A stretch of 64,000 nucleotides of DNA. It comes from Dicyema japonicum (Eukaryota; Animalia; Dicyemida). Shown here one piece after another: positions 57,960-64,000 of this stretch. The notes below the pieces were generated by a model. It was given only the letters and a program-made list of their open reading frames with translations. It was not told the DNA's origin and made no database searches. Position 1 is the first letter of the stretch, and each line of letters opens with the position of its first letter. The position numbers were made by a program, and so were the translations under genes. The stretch covers positions 180,193 through 244,192 of the forward strand of contig RDEW01000011.1 in assembly GCA_011109175.1 (NCBI GenBank), written 5' to 3'.

Positions 57960-58400
57960 TCCTGTCCAGATACAAGTAACAAGGTCTCCCTCAATTCTTG
58001 ATTAATGTTCGACAGGCTGTTGAATTTCAACTCCCATGCGATGAAAGTCCCCACTAAAGGTCTGTAGAAGTTGAACGTTGTGCGCGCCCTTGTCCGGAGG
58101 AATCCTTCGAATTTGGATCTTCTGTTGTAACACTCTACCGGAAACTATCACCCCTGCTGTAGAGTATGCCTCTGTTGTGAGATTCTCGTATCAGAGACTA
58201 CGCTCCACAGACTCACTTGAATTAAGTGATAAACTATTTATATGATGGGCCCTCATTCTGGATCAATGGTTAATCTCCCACTCACGGAATCTACGACCGG
58301 TAGTCGTGGATCCGGATTCTTCGGTTTGTAAAAAGTTGGAATTACTTAACTGTCTGACGTTATTATCTTTCTTTCTCGGTGATCTCGGGGTTCTAAATAA
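57960..58400 (+). mobile_element. LINE 3' fragment with hairpin tail
   Basis: FDRLLNFNSHA...PAVEYAS; tail TTGGAATTACTTAACTG...CTCGGTGATCTCGGGG(TAAA)n. Confidence 0.65.
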
Positions 58401-59566
58401 ATAACCGGATAGTCTACAAGGATTCACACCAACAAAGAAAGAAAAACATTCCTTGACCCCTTTCAACGATTAATTGCATTACTGTTTTTTGCTCTAATAA
58501 AGTGTGTGTCCTGCCTATGCGGATCTGTAAATATTATGACTCTTGTGAAAGGGATGTTATTATTATTCCTTTTATAAGATCTTATCTATGATTACAGTTG
58601 CTGCACACGATGATCAAAATCCAGGAAGCAGCCAACAGAGTCATCGGTCTTAATTCCGAGTCTGTGACTCTTAAAGCACGTTTACTACAAAGAAAAAGAA
58701 AATTTGTGAGAATTGCAACCTAATGAGCAGTCTTCTCTACAACACTCTTATCAAATATCAAAAACCATCAGAGATACGAGATGATTCCAAGTCTGTTATA
58801 GGGAGCGGTTAAGATACTTATAATGCCAGTTTCGACATTTACCTTGTACCCGCCCACAGAGAAGTTGCGTTGGATCCCAGAAGCGCACGAGGAGAAAATG
58901 AGAAATTTGATAGAGGCCTTCGAGATCACTTGATTAATTTATTAATTAAATTAACTATTGATGTTCTTGGGTTAATAATAATAAACACCTTCAAGAAACT
59001 CGAACATGGATCAGGAACCATGATGACCACTAAATGCGATGATTAATCCAGTTGGTCTCCATAGCGATCATTTAATTCAATTTACTAACCTTGGAATCCG
59101 ATGTCCACATCAGGCTTTCTCCTGTGGTTAGTTTTGAAGTCCTGAATTAATCCCCATAAAGGAGAAGGTTTCTTTTGCATTTCGGGCAGGCGACCAGATA
59201 TAGTTTGACTCCTAGTCCAAAAGGATTTTTAGGAGACTTTGTTATCTTGAGGAAGTCTCGATGGCGTTCCATGATTGGGGAGATGTTTAGTGTTCTCATA
59301 GTAACGATTAGGGTGTCATTTATCTTAAAGAGTGTGAATTTTTCTTTTGTGGATTATGGATAAGATATACTAAAGCCTCCGAAACTATTTCCGTTTTGTT
59401 ATAATTAGAGCGATTTTTTTACTTTAAAATTCCAAAATTTTGACCTTTTTTTGACTTTATGATAAATTTATCTAGAAAAAAAAATTTTTAAATATGAAAA
59501 AAGCTAATCAAAAATATTATAAAATAATGTAATTCAAAACGTTTTCAGGTCAAAAATCTCGGTCTT

Positions 59567-59872
59567 TAATAATAATAACAGCCTTTTCAGGAGAGCCATA
59601 ATATTTATAGCTCCGCATAGGCAACACCCACTTTATTTTAGTAAAGAACAGTTAATTTTAACTAATCGTAGAACCAAGGAATGATTTTCCTATCTTTTTT
59701 CTTTTTCTTGTGTGTGGGTCCTTTCTAGACAATCCAGTTCTGCAGTGAATATCCACTGGTGAAGGTGTCACTCGTCAAGCCCTTTTAGCATCGTAGATGC
59801 GTGGAACCTTCCGAGAATCGAAACCGTAACCTAAGCCACTTTAGCCCGACACCTAACCACTATGCCTTCGGC
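59567..59872 (-). mobile_element. tRNA-derived SINE family B, full length
   Basis: 5' GCCGAAGGCATAGTGG (A-box-like), GGTTTCGATTC (B-box-like), the conserved core, a 3' hairpin and a (TTA)n tail; closely similar to 63436-63761. Confidence 0.88.
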
Positions 59873-59899
59873 TCGTTCTTTAGATAATAATTTTATCAG

Positions 59900-60310
59900 C
59901 CCGTTACATTTTTTGATTATGAAAATGGGTCGGAATTCAGAAATCGAGAAATAACAAACTTTGCACTGATTTCAACATCAAGCAAATTAACAGGCCTAAC
60001 AATTTTCTGACACAAGAGATTGTCGAAGGATTCAATCAAACGATAACGAGAAAGTTGTCCAAAATGCTGGATAACAGTGGAAAAAAGTGGCTTGATAAAT
60101 TAGAAAATGCTGTGTACAGTTATAACATATCTGTCCATTAATTTTCTAACGAAAGTTTTTTCGAAAGATGTCCATTAATTTTCTAACGATCGAGCTGTAG
60201 GAGGGGCTATACTAAAAATAGTTACTTAAATTAATTATTTTTGGTGGTTAATTAATCAATAATGAAATTAAATAAAGTTAATCTTAGTTCAAGGTCAAAA
60301 ATTTGTGCTA
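59900..60310 (+). mobile_element. Ginger-like family 2 fragment
   Basis: Aligns with 40950-41200 (-). The end motif GTTCAAGGTC...GATTAACTT (inverse) matches the 40335-40360 terminus. Confidence 0.8.
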
Positions 60311-60491
60311 CGTTATAAATACTGGACTTTTCCTTAATATTTGATATTCCTACATAATTTCTATGCGGTCCTACCAGAGGATTTTCTGTTTTGTCCGCTA
60401 AAGTAGCAATGGCTTGTACGAGAAAATTAACTTGATGAAAGTTTTTCCGCGAAATCTAAGAAACTCCAAAGGCCTGAAAATTTTGTTTTGC

Positions 60492-61485
60492 CTATGACAA
60501 TGGTTTCTGTCCAATAAATTTAATTCCCAAAGTATAATCATTTATTAAAGTAAAGCAGTATACTCCGTCGGCCTTATTTCCCGTCGAAGTTTCGTGCGAA
60601 AACCCCCAATGATCCGCACAACGCCAATAACCGTAAATAACACAACTGCGATTGTAATACAAATTATATAATTTATTGATGTAGAGCCTGCCATCACGAA
60701 ACATTCAGAGTCTAAAATTCACAAAACCTTGTACCTATTTCAGGGAAACTGAAATTCAAGCTGTTTTTAAGAATTAGAGCCCTAAATGATGAAAATCTAA
60801 CGTTTATGAAATCATGGAAATTAGCAGTAAACATTTTGGAGACACAGGAACTTCCAAAATAGACATATCTCTGGTTATGGGGGTACCAAAATCCAATAAA
60901 ATTGTTTTGCCTGATAAATCCAATATGCGAAATATAATATTGACTTTGGGTCACATTAAATATAAATAAAATTATAAAGTTGCTCCCGATTAGAGACAAC
61001 CTAATCCCAGAGTTTATGTATTTAATTTTTGTGATTATATTGCCATCAGAATAAACGGGATCTTTTCTCTACAGAAAAATATTACAATTTACATTTTTAT
61101 CAAAATACATGATTTTAAAATACCCACTTAAAACAGCTTTGACTTGTTTCTCGGAAATAAAATACCAAAATTGAACATCTGAGTCGATGGATTCAACAAA
61201 GGAATTTACTGGCTAAATTAGATTTATACTTTTTCCAGTAAAATATGCACCGGAATATTTTCTGAAATATTGTACCGTCAAGGAATAGATTTCGAGAGAA
61301 AAATAATTTTCAAATCTCTGAGAAATATGCCCACATCTATAATATCCTTCAAATTTGATTCTTGGGAGGACTACAGCCTTGGTCATGTTTACTTTGATGG
61401 TTAAATATAATTTACTGGAATTTATCCCAATTTTTATTGTTATTTTGTAGTATTTTTTTGAAACTTCAACAGAAACGTCTAGCAA
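60492..61485 (-). CDS. candidate uncharacterised gene or pseudogene (three co-oriented ORFs)
   Basis: ORFs 61213..61485, 60712..60999 and 60492..60704 are on one strand, AT-rich and have no recognisable TE motif. Exon structure was not resolved. Confidence 0.25.
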
Positions 61486-62739
61486 TAGAATTCCTTTTAC
61501 GATTCTAATAGATTTACCACGTACTCATGTTTATTGTTTACATTAAATGCATCACTTATCTAATATTATTACTGTAAATACATTTGTTTGCGTATTTGTC
61601 AATATAATGTCTCCATGTAGTAATATATAGGCTTTATCTTGGATTTTCGTGATGAAGGTCATAAATAATAAAAATAACATGAATGTGCTAATAAACACGT
61701 TAGTGCTTATTATGTCGGTCAACTTCTTGATTGATGAATTTATTTTTTTAATTTTTAATCAATTTCAAATTTATATAATTTTAATAAATTGTCCTTTATA
61801 AGATAAAATTAGAAAATTAATTTGAGAGATTGATGATTCACTTTTTCATACCTCAACGTCAGGAGTGCGGTAAACGCATTATACGCCGCAGAAATGGCTA
61901 AGAAGGCTAATTGGCAAAATCAAAAAAGACTCTTGGTTCGGTTAACCATTTCTGCTATTATTTTTGAGACAACTGTAAGCGTAGGGTGAAAGTATTGTCT
62001 TTTCTAAAGAAACTGAGGTCTGGATACAGTCAGAAAAGATGGCTTCGTGAAATCCAGTGGCCAACATAATTCATGAAACATTTTTATGAGTTCTACCCTT
62101 AGCAGTCTGCACTTCACACGTAATCCTTTTTCCTATATATCCTTTTGAATTCATCGATCCTCTCTTCAACCATATAGTTCCTAAAGGTATTTTCTACTTT
62201 TAATTTAGCTCATCTTTTAATGACCCCCTTTTCCCATTCAACATTGTCGGGAGCGCGGTAGACAATCCAGAGGTTTTTTCAAGTTTATCTCTGTATTCAG
62301 AGAATGTGGCCTAGGAAAGAGATCATTTTTATTCATATGTCGAGGATTTATACTACATGTTAGATGTTCGCAAAAGTATTCATTTTCTCAGAAAAAGAAC
62401 TGAAATCAAACAGGTTTATAGCAACAAGTTTTAAGATGAGGTAAATTTATTAAATTAATAAATAATTAATTAACAAAGCCATCCATCCAAAGTGGACCCC
62501 GCAGAAATAGTCGACGTTGAGTTCCCTCTCGCGGTCGCAACAGAGATCAACTGGAGAACTCACTGAGTCTCACGTGAGTCGTGGCTTTTTAGTGTAGCTA
62601 GGCATCCAATTTTCTTTAGGAAACGAAGCGATTTCCAACTTATTCCTCCAGTTGTCTCAACAACAATAGGTAGAACGTGAATCGATCTCGTACGCTTCGT
62701 ATTTTTCTCTTTGCCCTCATTGTTTTTCCCAGACATATA

Positions 62740-63200
62740 GTGTATCTACCGCGTTCCCGGCAATGTTGGATGGGCAAAGGGGATCGACACATGTAGCATC
62801 CCATACTAAAGGTTTCTCTTTCTAGAATGGAATAATTGTGATTCAGTCAGGCCGTTTTCCGTCTCCTCTGTCCAAGCCAACAGGTTGGAGAGGTATCCAG
62901 CAGACTCCAGGGCACGCTTAACAATTCCGTTGATCGCCTTATGTCTCGAGAATCGTCCTGCACTTCTTCGAAAAGAAAGGCATGTCCATAACAGTCGACG
63001 GTACCACCACACCGGCATTTGTGAGTCTGGCAAAACTTCTGTTCAAGTCTGATGCAGATACCGGTGCGGACTGTGTCATCATCAAGGTAGCTCCAGACTC
63101 TACCAAAGGGGAGGGAATTGACCCAAGCGCCACTCCATTCGTTTCTTCCACTGACGAGAAATACAAGTTCATTTGGATAGTTCTCTTCCGACAATAAGAA
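62740..63200 (-). mobile_element. CRE-like fragment (zinc finger/REL region)
   Basis: SGAWVNSLP, VRTGICIRL...HKCRCGGTVDCYGH, RHKAINGIVKRAL. Confidence 0.85.
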
Positions 63201-63435
63201 TTTTTGTTGAATAAATAAGTTTGTCAAAACATATGCAGCAAATAAAACTTTGGAATTAATCAAAAATTTGGAATGAAACCAAATTTCCCAAATCATATTA
63301 CACACTCAAAAATAATTGCTTAATAATTTTAGCTTATAAACGATTTTTTAAAATGATTTTTGATTTTTAGAAAATGATATTTTTGTTTTGCACATTATTT
63401 TGTGCTTTTGTTGGTAATTTTCTAACAATTTTAGA

Positions 63436-63761
63436 TAATAATAATAACAGCCTTTTTCACGGAGCCGTGGTATTAGCTCCGCATAGGCAGGACACACAGT
63501 TAATTTTAGTAAAGAACAGTTAATTTTAACTAATCGTAGAACCAAGGAATGATCTTCACTTTTTTTTCTTTTTCTTGTGTGTGGGTTTTTTCTAGACAAT
63601 CCAGTTCCGCAGTGAGAGTCCACTGATGACGGCGTCATTCGTCAAGCCATTTTAGCATCGTAGATGCGAGAACCTTCCACCAGGTGAACAGCAGCGAGAA
63701 TCGAACCCGTAACCTAAGTCACTTTAGCCCGACACTTAACCACTATTAACCACTATGCCAC
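63436..63761 (-). mobile_element. tRNA-derived SINE family B, full length
   Basis: A box TGGCATAGTGG, B box GGTTCGATTC, 3' stem GGAGC...GCTCC and a (TTA)n tail. Confidence 0.9.
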
Positions 63762-64000
63762 AATTTTAGATAACAAGCACTTTTTTCGAAATAAACGTTA
63801 TTCTGGTGACAAATTTGTTTTCATTTAATATTTTACATATAGCAAAAAGGTTTCGATTATAATAAAAACCAAATGAGAGAGTACATAAGTAACCTGTTTG
63901 AGTTCTCTCGAAAATTATGCAATTGTTTATGATTCAGTATTTTGGAGCAATCAAAATAGAATCAAAACTTAGAAATTATACTTCATTAGTTACACTACAT

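Noticed and set aside
1-64000. Alternative genetic code (ciliate-like), rRNA/snRNA genes, telomeric arrays
   Set aside because: TAA and TAG terminate conserved genes at the expected positions and no internal stop needed recoding. No U1, U2, U6, 5S or rRNA signatures or TTAGGG arrays were seen.

Overview
AT-rich eukaryotic (animal-like) genomic DNA. Compact genes with extremely short GT-AG introns (21-30 nt, mostly 22-24 nt) sit as small islands in a large excess of decayed transposable elements. The standard genetic code reads all genes. The micro-introns plus mitochondrial and metazoan-type genes suggest a reduced parasitic animal such as a dicyemid; this is inference and the taxon is not established. 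Genes reconstructed by hand-splicing are AMT/gcvT, a single-LIM CRIP, MRPS30 (mL65), LIN54/tesmin, FKBP6/shutdown, an orphan EGF/cbEGF protein, a ZnT (SLC30) zinc transporter and FAD synthase. Mobile DNA comprises many APE-RT LINE copies that share a 3' GGGATCAC...GTGATCC hairpin tail, RTE/BovB-like elements, CRE-like restriction-endonuclease retrotransposons, two hAT insertions with perfect 8-bp TSDs, two Ginger-like integrase DNA transposon families, a Tc1/IS630-like fragment and a tRNA-derived SINE family. Best candidate for an undescribed system: an Ingi/Vingi-like LINE whose 5' CATGTGG signature starts a short leader ending in a 2A/StopGo-like motif (GDVEATPGP) fused to the endonuclease, together with several 220-250 bp non-autonomous elements that appear to share its 5' signature and 3' tail. 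Other highlights are a PHD finger on a CRE-like retrotransposon, stacked CRE 3' ends, a tRNA-Cys half fused to a LINE fragment inside a hAT whose left TIR is triplicated, host-type micro-introns inside transposase genes, and about 4-fold over-representation of CACGTG. All calls were made by eye with no database searches; TE boundaries are approximate unless TIRs or TSDs are given.
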